Part shown: positions 1-11,931 of the stretch, one piece after another
Position numbering within the stretch: the stretch's first letter is position 1
Layout: every line of letters begins with the position of its first letter
Origin: an uncultured Lachnospiraceae bacterium
Lineage (GTDB): Bacteria > Bacillota > Clostridia > Lachnospirales > Lachnospiraceae
Direction of reading: 5' to 3'
DNA length: 48,061 bases
NCBI GenBank assembly: GCA_949915905.1
Contig: CATLEQ010000001.1
Coordinates: 1-48,061, forward strand
Made by a program: the position numbers and the translations under genes
Notes under the pieces: generated by a model
What the model was told of the DNA's origin: nothing
Database searches by the model: none
Seen by the model: the letters and a program-made list of their open reading frames with translations, nothing else

Positions 1-32
1 ACTATGAGCACCTAGAGTCTGCGTCGCGGACG

Positions 33-1064
33 CTAGTTGCTATTTAATAATCGTTCCTCTAAAGAATCCATATCGTATGTACGGCGTTCGAAATTATTCA
101 GGTTCTTGGCCGCCGTTTTTGGGTAGAAAGCAGCTCTTTTCGTGTTTGCTTCCTTTTGAAAGGCCACATCCAGCGTGGCCACGTCTTGTAACGTGCGAAC
201 CTGCTTGTCCTTCCATTTTTGCAAAATGCTGTCGGCATATTCAAAGCTGGGCTGATGCGTGGCAGCGATTGTGCGATTTATGGCCTCCACAATAATGTCA
301 AGGTCGAAGCAAAATTCCTCCGTCCATTTACGGATATATGCCAGTTCAAAATCAGCGACGCTGCGGTTGCGGATGCCGAACGCATTTAATATCGTGTAAC
401 AGTTTTTGTTATAACTTATAGATTGTGCCTTGGCCTCGTCTACCGTGGTAATACCACTTTCCGCCCAGGAGATTGCCACCTTCTGGATGTAGCGGATGCT
501 TTTATGGTTATTTTCCACGCAGGATTCAATCAAATATTCAATCAGGCTGGCAGACATCCCAAGTTCATTATAAAAATAAGTGATGGCGTCCACGTCGGTC
601 TTCGTCAAGGTCTTGCCCAGATACTGCTCGGCGACAAAAAGAAGGGACTTAAGCTCCTTTTGCGCGCGCAGAGAATCCAAAGGTATGGCCTTTTTAGGAG
701 ATGCCTTCTGCGGTGGCGCGTCATTTTCCACGGTCAAAGAAGGGGTGGACACGGAAAGTGCCGGAACGGGAGCCTTGTTTAGCTCCAGGCCGCTGATACG
801 CCCTTCCGCATCCTTTTCCAACCTTAAAAGGCCGACGGACTCCCAATAGCGGAACGCCCGCAAAATATCCTTTTCCGTGTTGTTTAAACAATCCGCAATC
901 ATGGGGAGTGTCAGTGTCTGACACGGATCGTCCAGATGGCGGAGTAAAAATAGATATACTTTTACAAATTCTCCGTTTGCCTGAATCATGTAATCGTCAA
1001 TAAAGTCATTGGCAATCAGAGTCGCGTTAGTCTGAAATTTGTTTTTTAATTTTAATGTTTTCAT
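33..1064 (-). CDS. dnaD: DnaD-domain replication initiation protein (two DnaD/DnaB_2 repeats)
   Basis: N-terminal 'NDFIDDYM..ANGEFVKVYLFLLR'; repeated motifs 'IRYIQKVAISW' and 'FEYADSILQKW'. Confidence 0.85.
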   Translation of the reverse strand: MKTLKLKNKFQTNATLIANDFIDDYMIQANGEFVKVYLFLLRHLDDPCQTLTLPMIADCLNNTEKDILRAFRYWESVGLLRLEKDAEGRISGLELNKAPVPALSVSTPSLTVENDAPPQKASPKKAIPLDSLRAQKELKSLLFVAEQYLGKTLTKTDVDAITYFYNELGMSASLIEYLIESCVENNHKSIRYIQKVAISWAESGITTVDEAKAQSISYNKNCYTILNAFGIRNRSVADFELAYIRKWTEEFCFDLDIIVEAINRTIAATHQPSFEYADSILQKWKDKQVRTLQDVATLDVAFQKEANTKRAAFYPKTAAKNLNNFERRTYDMDSLEERLLNSN

Positions 1065-1182
1065 ATGCCGTCCTGCCCTTTAGCTTTCTTTACTCCCCGG
1101 TAATTCCCCTTTTGCGTAAGGGTATTATAGCACCAGAAAGCCGCAGAAAAAAGCTTTTTTTTCGGGTTAGAGGCAACTTTTT

Positions 1183-1214
1183 TGTTGATAACTTTGTGTG
1201 GAAAATGTGGATAA
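1183..1214 (-). promoter_or_regulatory. Three tandem DnaA boxes upstream of dnaD
   Basis: Minus strand reads TTATCCACA (1206-1214, perfect), TTTTCCACA (1197-1205) and TTATCAACA (1183-1191); a fourth TTATCAACA in the opposite orientation lies at 1268-1276. Confidence 0.7.
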
Positions 1215-1217
1215 CTT

Positions 1218-2594
1218 TTATTTTAAGAACATTTCTCCAATGTTTACAACGTTTCCGGCTCCCATAGTTATCAACACGTCCCCTTCCAAGCAGGTGCCTT
1301 TTAGGAAATCGACAATCTCTTCAAAAGTGGAAAAATAGTGGGCATCGGTTCCGAGACGGCGAATTTCGTCTGCCAGGTCCTTGGAGGAGATACCGAGGTC
1401 GTCTGTTTCGCGGGCGGCAAAAATGTCGGCCAGAACCATATGGTCGGCCAGAGTGAGTGCCTCGGCGAATTCGTGGAAAAATGCCTTTGTGCGGGTATAG
1501 GTATGGGGCTGGAAGACGCACCATAGCTTTTTGTGGGGATAATTTGCGGCCGCGTTCAAGGTCGCCCGGATTTCCGTCGGGTGGTGCGCGTAGTCGTCAA
1601 TGACGGTTACGCCATCCTTCGTTCCCTTATATTCAAACCTGCGGTCGGTTCCCGTAAAAGAAAGCAATCCCCGGGCGATTACGTCAAACGAAAGTCCCAG
1701 GGTCTCGGAAACGGCAAGTGCCGCCAGTGCATTTGACACGTTGTGGTTTCCGGGAACGGCAAGCGAAATCCTGCCAAGCAAGTGTCCTTTTTTATATACG
1801 TCAAAAGAAGCGTTCCCAAGCCCGTCGTAAGTGACGTCCAAAGCGGTATAGTCGCTGTCTGCCGCGTGCCCGTAGGTCGTCACGTGACAAGCAAGCCCGC
1901 TATAGATTTCCTCGAAATCCGCGATGTCGGTATTGATGACCAACGTCCCGTCAGAAGGCAGGAGTGCGGCGAATTTCCGAAAAGAGTTTCGGATGTCCGC
2001 CAAATCCTTGAAAAAGTCCATATGGTCCTCTTCTATGTTCAGGATGACGCCGACCTTCGGGAAGAAATGAAGAAAGCTGTTGGTATATTCACAAGCCTCG
2101 GTGAGGAAAATGTCTCCGCCGCCGACGCGGATGTTTCCGCCAATGGCCTTCAAGATGCCGCCGACGGATATGGTCGGATCCGTGCCGCCTTCCAGAAGAA
2201 TGTGTGACAGCATGGAAGTGGTGGTCGTTTTTCCGTGCGTGCCGGAAACGGCGATGGGAAGGGCGTAGTTATTCATCAATTGTCCTAAGAGCTCGGCGCG
2301 TGTCAGCAGGGGCAAGTTAAGGCTTGCGGCCTGCATAAGCTCTGGATTGGAAGGCTTGATGGCGGCCGTGTACACGACACAGTCGATTCCCTCGATGATG
2401 TTTTCGGCTTTTTGACCATAAAAGATTTGCGCGCCTTTTTTTTCGAGAAATTCGGTCAGGGCGGATTTGCTGTTGTCCGAACCGGAGATGGTAAATCCTT
2501 CCTGTAGCAGAATTTCGGCAAGTCCGCTCATGCTGATGCCGCCGATGCCTATAAAGTGAACATGGATTGGTTTGTCAAAATCAATATGATACAT
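1218..2594 (-). CDS. murC: UDP-N-acetylmuramate--L-alanine ligase
   Basis: GIGGISMSG, GTHGKTTT, EACEY, DDYAHHPTEI and FQPHTY motifs. Confidence 0.97.
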   Translation of the reverse strand: MYHIDFDKPIHVHFIGIGGISMSGLAEILLQEGFTISGSDNSKSALTEFLEKKGAQIFYGQKAENIIEGIDCVVYTAAIKPSNPELMQAASLNLPLLTRAELLGQLMNNYALPIAVSGTHGKTTTTSMLSHILLEGGTDPTISVGGILKAIGGNIRVGGGDIFLTEACEYTNSFLHFFPKVGVILNIEEDHMDFFKDLADIRNSFRKFAALLPSDGTLVINTDIADFEEIYSGLACHVTTYGHAADSDYTALDVTYDGLGNASFDVYKKGHLLGRISLAVPGNHNVSNALAALAVSETLGLSFDVIARGLLSFTGTDRRFEYKGTKDGVTVIDDYAHHPTEIRATLNAAANYPHKKLWCVFQPHTYTRTKAFFHEFAEALTLADHMVLADIFAARETDDLGISSKDLADEIRRLGTDAHYFSTFEEIVDFLKGTCLEGDVLITMGAGNVVNIGEMFLK

Positions 2595-2897
2595 AAACAG
2601 GTAACCTCTTCTTATTAATTATTCTCACATGGGCAAAAGCCAAGTGGATCTGGGCGGGAAACATCTCGCCATCGTATTTATTATACTATATATGAAAAAA
2701 ATTGAAAGAAATTCTTTTTGTGCAAATTCAATAAAAAGCAAAAAAATGTATCCGAATAATTGTAAAAATATACACATATGAAAAAAATGTGGTATAATAG
2801 GGGTACTATTGTATCGGAAAAATCGATACAATGCTACTTACTATACGCATGTACGCAATCAGGAAGCGGTTAGCGTGAGAGAAAGGAGATATGGTAT

Positions 2898-3185
2898 ATG
2901 CAGATCACAGATGTACGCGTGCGAAAAGTAGAAAAGGAAGGAAAGTTAAAAGCAGTAGTTTCAATCACGTTGGATGATGAGTTCGTCGTCCATGACATCA
3001 AAGTGATTGAGGGCGAGAAAGGGCTGTTCATCGCGATGCCGAGCAAGAAGGCGGCGGACGGTGAGTACCGGGACATCGCACATCCGATTAACTCTGGAAC
3101 AAGGGAGCGGATACAAAAAATTATCTTAGAGAGATACGAACAAGGCTTGGAGAATGAGACTGAAAATGTAATTGGGGAAATGTAG
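2898..3185 (+). CDS. spoVG: Septation regulator SpoVG
   Basis: [10 protein letters not shown]...[11 protein letters not shown]...LFIAMPS...YRDIAHPI; AAGGAG RBS. Confidence 0.97.
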   Translation: MQITDVRVRKVEKEGKLKAVVSITLDDEFVVHDIKVIEGEKGLFIAMPSKKAADGEYRDIAHPINSGTRERIQKIILERYEQGLENETENVIGEM

Positions 3186-3234
3186 GAACTGTTCACAAGT
3201 TATTGATGAACGGTTCCCAACCTCTATAGAGAAG

Positions 3235-3280
3235 AAGGGCTGTCGTACCGGTAAAAATGGCCGGGCGGCAGCCCTTTTTT
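3235..3280. terminator. Intrinsic terminator between convergent spoVG and RluA genes
   Basis: AAGGGCTGTCG...CGGCAGCCCTT stem followed by a T-tract. Confidence 0.8.
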
Positions 3281-3302
3281 GACATCAAGGTAAATAGTAA
3301 CG

Positions 3303-3935
3303 TCAAGGTAGTTCAAAACTCAAGGGCTTGTTCGTGGTTGGATGCAAGAATTCCAGACGATAGGCGCAGAGCGCGATGCGTCCGCTTCCTGATGCGTGTC
3401 CCCCATATTTGACGTCCCCGACGATGGGGCAGCCCATTGCGGACATCTGTACGCGGATTTGGTGGTGCCGTCCGGTATCCAAGGTGACTTCTACCGTGCA
3501 ATGCCCGTCCTCTTCGTGCAAAACACGGTAGGAAAGCCGTGCAAACCGGGCACCGGGAGTGTCGGCTTTACATATGTGAGAAAGATTGGAGCGCGCGTCA
3601 CGGCAGAGATAATGTTCCAGCGTGCCTTGCGGCGGGTTGGGAATATGTTCCAAAACGGCGCGGTAGTGTTTTCCGAACCCCCGGGCAGTGAGTTGCTTGT
3701 TTAAATTCCGTGCGGCGGCGGGGGTTTTGGCAAATACAAGCAGTCCTTCCACGGGTTGGTCCAAACGATGGATGACGGCCAGGTATCTCTCCTCTTGCCT
3801 TGCAAGATGATTTTTTAACAGGCTTTCCATATCTGGTATCCCGACCTTGTGGGTCTGCGTGGCGATGCCGGCCGGTTTGACACAAACGATGACGTCCTTA
3901 TCCTCATAAAGGATTTTTATTTGTTCATTTTTCAT
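3303..3935 (-). CDS. RluA/RluD-family pseudouridine synthase
   Basis: HRLD catalytic motif, KPAG, TGRHHQIRVQ, PIVGDVKYG. Confidence 0.93.
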   Translation of the reverse strand: MKNEQIKILYEDKDVIVCVKPAGIATQTHKVGIPDMESLLKNHLARQEERYLAVIHRLDQPVEGLLVFAKTPAAARNLNKQLTARGFGKHYRAVLEHIPNPPQGTLEHYLCRDARSNLSHICKADTPGARFARLSYRVLHEEDGHCTVEVTLDTGRHHQIRVQMSAMGCPIVGDVKYGGHASGSGRIALCAYRLEFLHPTTNKPLSFELP

Positions 3936-4088
3936 AATTTTCCTGCCTTTTTCTTAAGGTATCGTGAAAAGTATCTTAAAACCTGATAGTAATTCTTGAC
4001 TTTTTCGCATAATCTGTCTAAACTGATTATCATACAAATAAATTGATAGGTCAATATTATTTTTCAAAAGAAGGGTTGGACACGGAGC

Positions 4089-5549
4089 ATGGAAGGCCAG
4101 AATTGGGAAAGAGTAGGAGAAGACATTAAAAAGAGTGTGCAGGACGCAGTGGAGTCGGGCGATTTCAGTACGTTGAACCAGACTGTGACAAATACGGTAA
4201 ATGACATGATGAACGGTCTGGGAGACGCGGTGAGGGGGCTTGGCGGGTCGCGTACAAACGGGGCATACAGACAGGCGCCGAGGGAGTTTGACTATCGGAC
4301 GGGAACTTACCGTACGGACGTGGAACAGTCATATCATTATAAAGAAACTACGAGGCCGGAGGGCGGCAGCAGCGGCACCGGTTCATATAAGGCGGGAGAG
4401 GGAGCGCACCAGTACGGCCGGAATTCAAACGGCACCTATGGACAGAGGCAGAATGCGTACCAGTATAACAGACCGGGAAGAACCATGAGTAATGGGCGCG
4501 GCCTGGCCGGAAACGGCCGGGCGAACCAGGGGAATTCTGGGAAAATGCTGCCGGCTTTGTACGCACAGCCGACCGGGCTGCAGATTGGCGGATGGGTGCT
4601 TTCGGGAGTGGGCGGATTTATAGCATTAGGATGCGGCAGTGCGGCCGCGATTTGCCTGCTGGCGATGGCATTTGGCGGGGCACCGGCCGGAGCGACCGCG
4701 ATCGCGGTCGGCATTTTAGGCATGTGTACGGCATTGTTTGGCACCATTGCGGGCGTGGGGACGGGATGGCGGAAAAGTGTCAAAAGATTTCGTTCCTATA
4801 TCAGGGCGCTGGGAGGAAAAGAGTATTGTGACATCAAGATGCTGGCCCGGCAATTGAACAAGTCACCGAAATATGTGGTAAAGGATTTGCGCAAGATGAT
4901 CGCCAAGGGCTGGTTTAAGGAAGGGCATCTGGACGAGAGCGAGACTTGCCTGATGGTAAGCCATAACTCCTATCAGCAGTACACGGCACTTTTGGAATCT
5001 CAGGAGGAGCGGGAACAAAGTGAGCGGGAGGCGAGGAGAAGGGCCGAGCAGGAAGTGAAGCAAAAGGCCGAGCAGATGCGGAAGGATGATGCGGAAAATG
5101 ACGAGAGCCTGCCCGCGGAGGTTCGCGAGATTCTAAAGTCCGGCGAGCAATATTTACGAAAGATTCATTCCTGCAATGACGCGATACCGGGAGAGGAGAT
5201 TTCGGCCAAGATTTCCCGCATCGAGGTGCTGGTGGACCGGATCTTCGTCCGGGTGAAAGAACAGCCGGACACGGTCTCGGATTTGCATCGGATGATGCAG
5301 TATTACCTGCCGACCACGGTGAAGCTTTTGGAGGCATATGAGCAGTTGGATAAGCAGCCGGTGCAAGGGGAAAATATCAGAAATTCCAAGCAGGAGATCG
5401 AGAAGACGCTGGATACGCTCAACGTGGCGTTTGAAAAGCTTTTGGACAGTTTGTTCCAGGATACCGCATGGGACGTGTCGTCCGACATTTCCGTCTTGCA
5501 CACGATGCTGGCGCAGGAAGGGCTGACGGAAGAGGCCTTCAAGAAGTGA
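4089..5549 (+). CDS. XpaC-like (5-bromo-4-chloroindolyl phosphate hydrolysis family) membrane protein
   Basis: C-terminal 'YYLPTTVKLL..Y...AFEKLLDSLFQD..WDVSSDISVL' domain, two TM helices, directly upstream of telA as in xpaC-yaaN operons; TTGACT-17-TAAACT promoter at 3996-4024. Confidence 0.85.
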   Translation: MEGQNWERVGEDIKKSVQDAVESGDFSTLNQTVTNTVNDMMNGLGDAVRGLGGSRTNGAYRQAPREFDYRTGTYRTDVEQSYHYKETTRPEGGSSGTGSYKAGEGAHQYGRNSNGTYGQRQNAYQYNRPGRTMSNGRGLAGNGRANQGNSGKMLPALYAQPTGLQIGGWVLSGVGGFIALGCGSAAAICLLAMAFGGAPAGATAIAVGILGMCTALFGTIAGVGTGWRKSVKRFRSYIRALGGKEYCDIKMLARQLNKSPKYVVKDLRKMIAKGWFKEGHLDESETCLMVSHNSYQQYTALLESQEEREQSEREARRRAEQEVKQKAEQMRKDDAENDESLPAEVREILKSGEQYLRKIHSCNDAIPGEEISAKISRIEVLVDRIFVRVKEQPDTVSDLHRMMQYYLPTTVKLLEAYEQLDKQPVQGENIRNSKQEIEKTLDTLNVAFEKLLDSLFQDTAWDVSSDISVLHTMLAQEGLTEEAFKK

Positions 5550-5661
5550 TGAGGCGTTTCGGGACGCAAGCCATATTGGCGTTACAACGCGCGCCGTCAT
5601 GGAGGTAATAGTTTATCATTAAATTTAGATAAAACAAATCAAAGAAATGGAGAGAAGAGTT

Positions 5662-6810
5662 ATGAGTGATGAATTCAAGGATTTTGCACCAACCCCGACA
5701 TTGACATTGGACCCGTTCCAGACCAAGCCCGCGCCGGAACTTCCGGTTGAGAAGCCGGAGGAAAAGCCGGTTTTTGACGAGAACGTGCTCAGTGCGGAGG
5801 AGAGAAAGATGGCCGAGCAGTTTGCCGAGCAGATTGACTTGACCAATTCCCAGACGATTTTGCAGTATGGCGCGGGAACCCAGAAAAAGATGGCGGATTT
5901 TTCGGAGTCCGCGTTGGAGAACGTGCGCACGAAGGACATGGGCGAGGTCGGCGATTTGCTGGCCGGCGTGGTCAAGGAGTTAAAGTCCTTTGGCGAGGAG
6001 GAAGAGGAGAAGGGATTTTTCGGATTCCTGAAAAAGAGCGGCGACAAGATTACGTCCATGAAGGTGAAGTACAACAAGGCGGAGACAAATATCAACCAGA
6101 TTGTGAAAGCGTTGGAGACGCACCAGGTGCAGCTGTTAAAGGACATTGCGCTGCTGGACAAAATGTATGAACTGAATTTGACATATTTTAAAGAACTGAC
6201 GATGTACATCATGGCGGGCAAGAAAAAGTTGAACGAGGTACGTTCCACCAAGCTGCAGGAGCTGCTTAACAAGGCGCAGCAGAGCGGATTGGCGGAGGAT
6301 GCCCAGGCGGCGAGAGATCTTGACGGGATGTGCAACCGGTTTGAGAAAAAGATTCATGATTTGGAGCTGACACGTCAGATTTCCATTCAGACGGCACCGC
6401 AGATTCGCCTCGTACAAGGCAATGACACCTTGATGGTAGAGAAGATCCAGTCCACCATTGTAAATACGATTCCGTTGTGGAAGAGCCAGATGGTGTTGGG
6501 GCTTGGCGTGGAGCATTCCGCGCAGGCGGCCGCCGCGCAGCGCGAAGTGACGGACATGACCAACGAGCTGCTTAAGAAGAATGCCGACAAGCTGAAAATG
6601 GCGACGATTGACACGGCCAAGGAATCTGAGCGCGGCATCGTGGACATCGAGACATTGAAACATACGAATGAGTCACTCATTTCCACGCTGGACGAGGTGA
6701 TGAAGATTCAGCAGGAGGGCCGCCAGAAACGCCGTGAGGCAGAGGTGGAGATGCAGCGCCTGGAGGGCGAACTCAAGACGAAGCTCTTGCAGATTCAGGC
6801 ACAGAACTAG
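5662..6810 (+). CDS. TelA/YaaN toxic anion resistance protein
   Basis: '[10 protein letters not shown]', '[11 protein letters not shown]', '[10 protein letters not shown]'; alternative start 5647. Confidence 0.92.
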   Translation: MSDEFKDFAPTPTLTLDPFQTKPAPELPVEKPEEKPVFDENVLSAEERKMAEQFAEQIDLTNSQTILQYGAGTQKKMADFSESALENVRTKDMGEVGDLLAGVVKELKSFGEEEEEKGFFGFLKKSGDKITSMKVKYNKAETNINQIVKALETHQVQLLKDIALLDKMYELNLTYFKELTMYIMAGKKKLNEVRSTKLQELLNKAQQSGLAEDAQAARDLDGMCNRFEKKIHDLELTRQISIQTAPQIRLVQGNDTLMVEKIQSTIVNTIPLWKSQMVLGLGVEHSAQAAAAQREVTDMTNELLKKNADKLKMATIDTAKESERGIVDIETLKHTNESLISTLDEVMKIQQEGRQKRREAEVEMQRLEGELKTKLLQIQAQN

Positions 6811-6832
6811 AAAAGGAGACATTATTATAATT

Positions 6833-8275
6833 ATGGCTAAGGAAAAGAAACTGGTACAGTCCATCACGGCGCGTGACGAGGATTTCGCGCAGTGGTATAC
6901 GGACGTGGTAAGAGAGGCGAAGCTGTGTGATTATTCCGGGGTGAAGGGCTGTTTGAATTATTTGCCCAACGGTTACGCCATCTGGGAAAACATACAGCAG
7001 GATTTGGACAAGCGTTTCAAGGAATCGGGCGTGGAGAACGTGTATCTGCCGGTCTTGATTCCCGAATCGCTTTTGCAGAAGGAGGCGGACCATATCGAGG
7101 GATTTGCGCCGGAGGCGGCGTGGGTGACACAAGGCGGTTCGGAGCCGCTGCAAGAAAAGTTCTGCATTCGTCCGACTTCGGAGACATTGTTCTGTGACGT
7201 GTGGAGCAAGACGGTACAGTCCTATCGTGACTTGCCGAAGGTGTGGAACCAGTGGTGCTCGGTGCTGCGTTGGGAAAAGACGACGAGGCCGTTCCTTCGT
7301 TCCCGCGAGTTTTTGTGGCAGGAGGGGCATACGATTCACGCCACCTACGAGGAGGCCGAAGAGCGGACGCTGATGATGCGCGACATTTACTACAACTTTA
7401 TCCAGGATGATTTGGCGATTCCGCTGATTACCGGACGCAAGACCGAGAGTGAGAAGTTTGCCGGGGCGCAGGACACCTACACGGTGGAGGCGTTGATGCA
7501 TGACGGGCAGGCGTTGCAGTCCGGCACGAGCCATTTCTTTGGAAATTCGTTCCCGGATGCGTTCAATATCAAGTATGCGGATAAAAATAACGAGCTGCAC
7601 AGCGTGTATGAGACCTCTTGGGGGTTGTCCACGCGTATCATCGGTGCCATCATCATGGTGCACGGTGACGATGACGGACTTGTCCTGCCGCCGAGGATTG
7701 CACCGGTTCAGACACGGGTGATTCCGATTGCGCAGCATAAAGAGGGCGTGCTTGATAAGGCAAGGGAGATATTGGACGCGTTGACTGCGGCGGGCTACAA
7801 GGCGAAACTTGACGATTCGGACAAGGCTCCGGGCTGGAAGTTTGCCGAGCAGGAAATCCTTGGAATTCCGACCCGTATCGAGATTGGACCGAAGGACATT
7901 GAAAATGGGCAGGTGGTCGTGGTGCGCCGCGATACGAGAGAAAAGATTGTCGTACCGATTGACGAGATTGCCACGCGGCTTTCCGAAATTTTAGAGACGA
8001 TGCAGAAGGAAATGTTTGAGCGGGCGAAGGCGTTCCGTGACGAGCGAATCAGTTCCGCGACCACGATGGAGGAGATGGGACGCAAGTTCAGTGAAAAGCC
8101 GGGATTCATCAAGGCGATGTGGTGCGGCGGGGAAGCCTGCGAGGATGAAATCAAGGCACAAGTGGGCGGCATGACGTCAAGGTGCATTCCGGACGAGCAG
8201 GAACATTTGTCCGATACGTGCGTATGCTGTGGCAAACCGGCAAAACACATGGTATACTGGGGCAGAGCGTATTAA
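6833..8275 (+). CDS. proS: Proline--tRNA ligase (archaeal/eukaryotic type)
   Basis: [37 protein letters not shown]-terminal GRAY; ATG at 6833 follows AAGGAG. Confidence 0.97.
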   Translation: MAKEKKLVQSITARDEDFAQWYTDVVREAKLCDYSGVKGCLNYLPNGYAIWENIQQDLDKRFKESGVENVYLPVLIPESLLQKEADHIEGFAPEAAWVTQGGSEPLQEKFCIRPTSETLFCDVWSKTVQSYRDLPKVWNQWCSVLRWEKTTRPFLRSREFLWQEGHTIHATYEEAEERTLMMRDIYYNFIQDDLAIPLITGRKTESEKFAGAQDTYTVEALMHDGQALQSGTSHFFGNSFPDAFNIKYADKNNELHSVYETSWGLSTRIIGAIIMVHGDDDGLVLPPRIAPVQTRVIPIAQHKEGVLDKAREILDALTAAGYKAKLDDSDKAPGWKFAEQEILGIPTRIEIGPKDIENGQVVVVRRDTREKIVVPIDEIATRLSEILETMQKEMFERAKAFRDERISSATTMEEMGRKFSEKPGFIKAMWCGGEACEDEIKAQVGGMTSRCIPDEQEHLSDTCVCCGKPAKHMVYWGRAY

Positions 8276-8291
8276 AAACTGAAAAAATCCC

Positions 8292-8320
8292 TTGACTTTC
8301 CATGAAAAACGTAATAAACT
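8292..8320 (+). promoter_or_regulatory. sigmaA promoter of the str operon
   Basis: TTGACT-17 nt-TAAACT. Confidence 0.65.
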
Positions 8321-8435
8321 AAGTAAGCGTGCATGAAAATGCATTGTATTTTTGTGCGCACATAGATAATGTAAGTTATCTGCAACCGCCCCGACTGGTT
8401 CGGGGAAACGAAGAAAATCATAGGAGGTGAAAAGA

Positions 8436-8858
8436 ATGCCAACATTTAACCAGTTAGTTAGAAAAGGACGTCAGACTTCTGAGAAGAAATCTACCGCACC
8501 GGCTCTCCAGTAGGGTTACAACTCCCTGAAGAAGCGCGCGACGGACGTGTCCGCACCGCAGAAGAGAGGTGTGTGCACCGCCGTTAAGACGGCTACGCCG
8601 AAGAAGCCTAACTCAGCTTTGAGAAAGATTGCCAGAGTTCGTCTGTCTAACGGAATCGAAGTGACGAGCTACATCCCGGGCGAGGGACACAACCTGCAGG
8701 AGCATAGCGTTGTCATGATTCGTGGAGGAAGGGTTAAGGACTTGCCTGGTACCAGGTACCATATCATCAGGGGTACGCTGGATACGGCAGGTGTCGCGAA
8801 GAGACGTCAGGCCCGTTCCAAGTACGGCGCGAAGAGACCGAAAGACGCTAAGAAGTAA
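8436..8858 (+). CDS. rpsL: 30S ribosomal protein S12 with an in-frame TAG at codon 26 (8511-8513)
   Basis: AGGAGGTGA RBS then [46 protein letters not shown]...[10 protein letters not shown]...RVKDLPG in one frame; the ORF track calls only 8547-8858. Confidence 0.95.
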
Positions 8859-8904
8859 AACTTCCATGTTGAACTAAACAGTTAAATCGTATCACAAACA
8901 GAAC

Positions 8905-9100
8905 TATGATGAATCGTAGGTTGCAGTTTAAGTACGTTTGGCCGGGACTTTTACGTTCCCGGCAGGACGGTATCCTTACAACCACGAAGCACATGCGGGC
9001 AGCGCGCGAGGGGCGGTGACGGGAGGAAGCTTCCGAGGCCGGTTCGCAGGAACACGCGGTGCCAGACGATCGCCATAGAACGACACATGTGAGTACCGAT
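8905..9100 (+). ncRNA. Putative structured cis-regulatory RNA in the rpsL-rpsG spacer
   Basis: About 290-nt spacer with nested stems: 8914-8923/8979-8987, 8941-8947/8957-8963, 8990-8995/9086-9091, 9012-9017/9069-9074. Confidence 0.45.
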
Positions 9101-9107
9101 GAGTTAA

Positions 9108-9620
<513 letters not shown>

Positions 9621-9632
9621 CAGGAGGCAACA

Positions 9633-11753
9633 ATGGCTGGAAGAGAGTACCCATTAGAGAGAACCAGAAACATCGGTATCATGGCTCATATCGACGCGGG
9701 TAAGACCACGTTGACAGAACGTATTCTGTACTATACCGGTGTAAACTATAAGATTGGTGATACTCATGAAGGGACTGCGACCATGGACTGGATGGAGCAG
9801 GAGCAGGAAAGAGGTATCACGATCACTTCAGCTGCCACGACTTGTCACTGGACTTTGGAAGACCACACGAAGCCGAAGAAGGATGCCTTGGAACACCGTA
9901 TCAACATCATTGATACGCCAGGACACGTTGACTTCACCGTGGAAGTTGAGCGTTCCCTGCGTGTTCTGGACGGCGCTGTCGGCGTATTTTGCGCAAAGGG
10001 CGGCGTTGAGCCACAGTCAGAGAACGTATGGCGTCAGGCGGATACGTACAACGTACCGAGAATGGCATTCATCAACAAGATGGACATTCTGGGAGCCGAT
10101 TTTTACAACGCGGTAGAACAGATTAAGACCAGACTTGGAAAGAATGCGATTTGTTTGCAATTGCCGATTGGCAAGGAGGACAACTTCAAGGGAATCATTG
10201 ATTTGATGGAGATGGAAGCCTACATCTACAATGATGACAAGGGTGACGACATTTCCGTCGTACCGATTCCGGAGGAGATGGCTGATGACGCGGAACTGTA
10301 TCATACCGAGCTTGTAGAAAAAATCTGCGAGTTGGATGATGACCTTATGATGGAATACCTGGAGGGCGACGAGCCGTCCGTGGATGACTTGAAGAGGGTT
10401 CTGCGCAAGGCGACTTGTGAGTGTACGGCAGTACCGGTCTGCTGCGGCAGCGCATATAGAAATAAAGGCGTACAGAAACTGTTGGACGCAGTTCTGGAAT
10501 ATATGCCGGCACCGACGGATATCCCGCCGATTCAGGGCGTGGACGAGGATGGCAACGAAGTCGTAAGACATTCTTCTGACGAGGAGCCGTTTTCCGCACT
10601 GGCATTTAAGATTATGACGGATCCGTTCGTAGGCAAGCTTGCCTATTTCCGTGTGTATTCAGGAACGATGAACTCCGGTTCTTATGTACTGAATGCGACA
10701 AAGAACAAGAAAGAGCGTGTTGGCCGTATCTTGCAGATGCATGCCAACAAGCGGGCGGAGCTTGACAAGGTGTATTCGGGAGATATCGCCGCCGCCATCG
10801 GTTTTAAGTTTACGACGACGGGTGATACCATCTGTGACGACCAGCATCCGGTCATTCTGGAATCCATGGAATTCCCGGAGCCGGTTATCGAGCTGGCAAT
10901 CGAGCCGAAGACCAAGGCTTCCCAAGGGAAGCTTGGCGAGTCACTGGCGAAGTTGGCGGAAGAAGACCCGACGTTTAAGGCACACACCAATCCGGAAACC
11001 GGGCAGACTATCATCGCCGGCATGGGCGAGCTGCATCTGGAGATTATCGTCGACAGATTGCTGCGTGAGTTCAAGGTGGAGGCAAATGTAGGCGCACCGC
11101 AGGTTGCTTACAAGGAGTCCATCACCAAGCCGTCGGATATCGACAGCAAGTACGCAAAACAGTCCGGTGGTCGTGGACAGTACGGACATTGTAAGGTTCG
11201 TTTCGAGCCTATGGATGTCAACGGGGAGGAAACCTACAAGTTCGATACCGAGGTTGTCGGCGGTTCGATTCCGAAGGAATATATCCCGGCGGTCGGCGAG
11301 GGTATCGAGGATGCCATGAAGTCAGGTATCTTGGGCGGATTCCCGGTGGTCGGCGTTCATGCGACCGTTTATGACGGTTCTTACCATGAAGTCGACTCCA
11401 GTGAGATGGCGTTCCACATTGCCGGTTCCCTGGCGTTCAAGGATGCCATGAAGAAGGGCGAGCCGGTACTTTTGGAGCCTATCATGAAGGTAGAAGTTAC
11501 GATGCCGGAGGAATACATGGGAGATATCATCGGCGATATCAACTCACGCCGCGGCCGTATCGAAGGTATGGATGACCTGGGCGGCGGAAAGATCGTGCGT
11601 GGATACGTGCCGCTGTCCGAGATGTTCGGATATTCCACAGACCTTCGTTCCAAGACGCAGGGACGTGGTAATTATTCCATGTTCTTCGAGAGTTATGAGC
11701 CGGTGCCGAAGTCCGTACAAGAGAAAGTATTGTCGAACAAAGGCGATAAATGA
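9633..11753 (+). CDS. fusA: Elongation factor G
   Basis: [40 protein letters not shown]. Confidence 0.99.
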   Translation: MAGREYPLERTRNIGIMAHIDAGKTTLTERILYYTGVNYKIGDTHEGTATMDWMEQEQERGITITSAATTCHWTLEDHTKPKKDALEHRINIIDTPGHVDFTVEVERSLRVLDGAVGVFCAKGGVEPQSENVWRQADTYNVPRMAFINKMDILGADFYNAVEQIKTRLGKNAICLQLPIGKEDNFKGIIDLMEMEAYIYNDDKGDDISVVPIPEEMADDAELYHTELVEKICELDDDLMMEYLEGDEPSVDDLKRVLRKATCECTAVPVCCGSAYRNKGVQKLLDAVLEYMPAPTDIPPIQGVDEDGNEVVRHSSDEEPFSALAFKIMTDPFVGKLAYFRVYSGTMNSGSYVLNATKNKKERVGRILQMHANKRAELDKVYSGDIAAAIGFKFTTTGDTICDDQHPVILESMEFPEPVIELAIEPKTKASQGKLGESLAKLAEEDPTFKAHTNPETGQTIIAGMGELHLEIIVDRLLREFKVEANVGAPQVAYKESITKPSDIDSKYAKQSGGRGQYGHCKVRFEPMDVNGEETYKFDTEVVGGSIPKEYIPAVGEGIEDAMKSGILGGFPVVGVHATVYDGSYHEVDSSEMAFHIAGSLAFKDAMKKGEPVLLEPIMKVEVTMPEEYMGDIIGDINSRRGRIEGMDDLGGGKIVRGYVPLSEMFGYSTDLRSKTQGRGNYSMFFESYEPVPKSVQEKVLSNKGDK

Positions 11754-11826
11754 CTCCTTTAGGGATGAATCATTGGCAGTTTTTCCGTAACATTTATATT
11801 TTAAGGCAAATATAGAGAAAAAGGGC

Positions 11827-11855
11827 TTGAAAAACGGCTGACTTTGAAATATAAT
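11827..11855 (+). promoter_or_regulatory. Internal sigmaA promoter for tuf
   Basis: TTGAAA-17 nt-TATAAT. Confidence 0.8.
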
Positions 11856-11931
11856 CAAAGTTAGCCGAGCAAAAATCTAGAAGCAAATTAAAAATGCCGA
11901 AAGGCGACGTAAATTAAGGAGGATATTCACA

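Noticed and set aside
1064-1276. Replication origin at the DnaA boxes
   Set aside because: Only four boxes and no dnaA/dnaN/gidA context; more consistent with a regulatory cluster
6811-6832. T-box leader for proS
   Set aside because: Only 22 nt separate telA and proS
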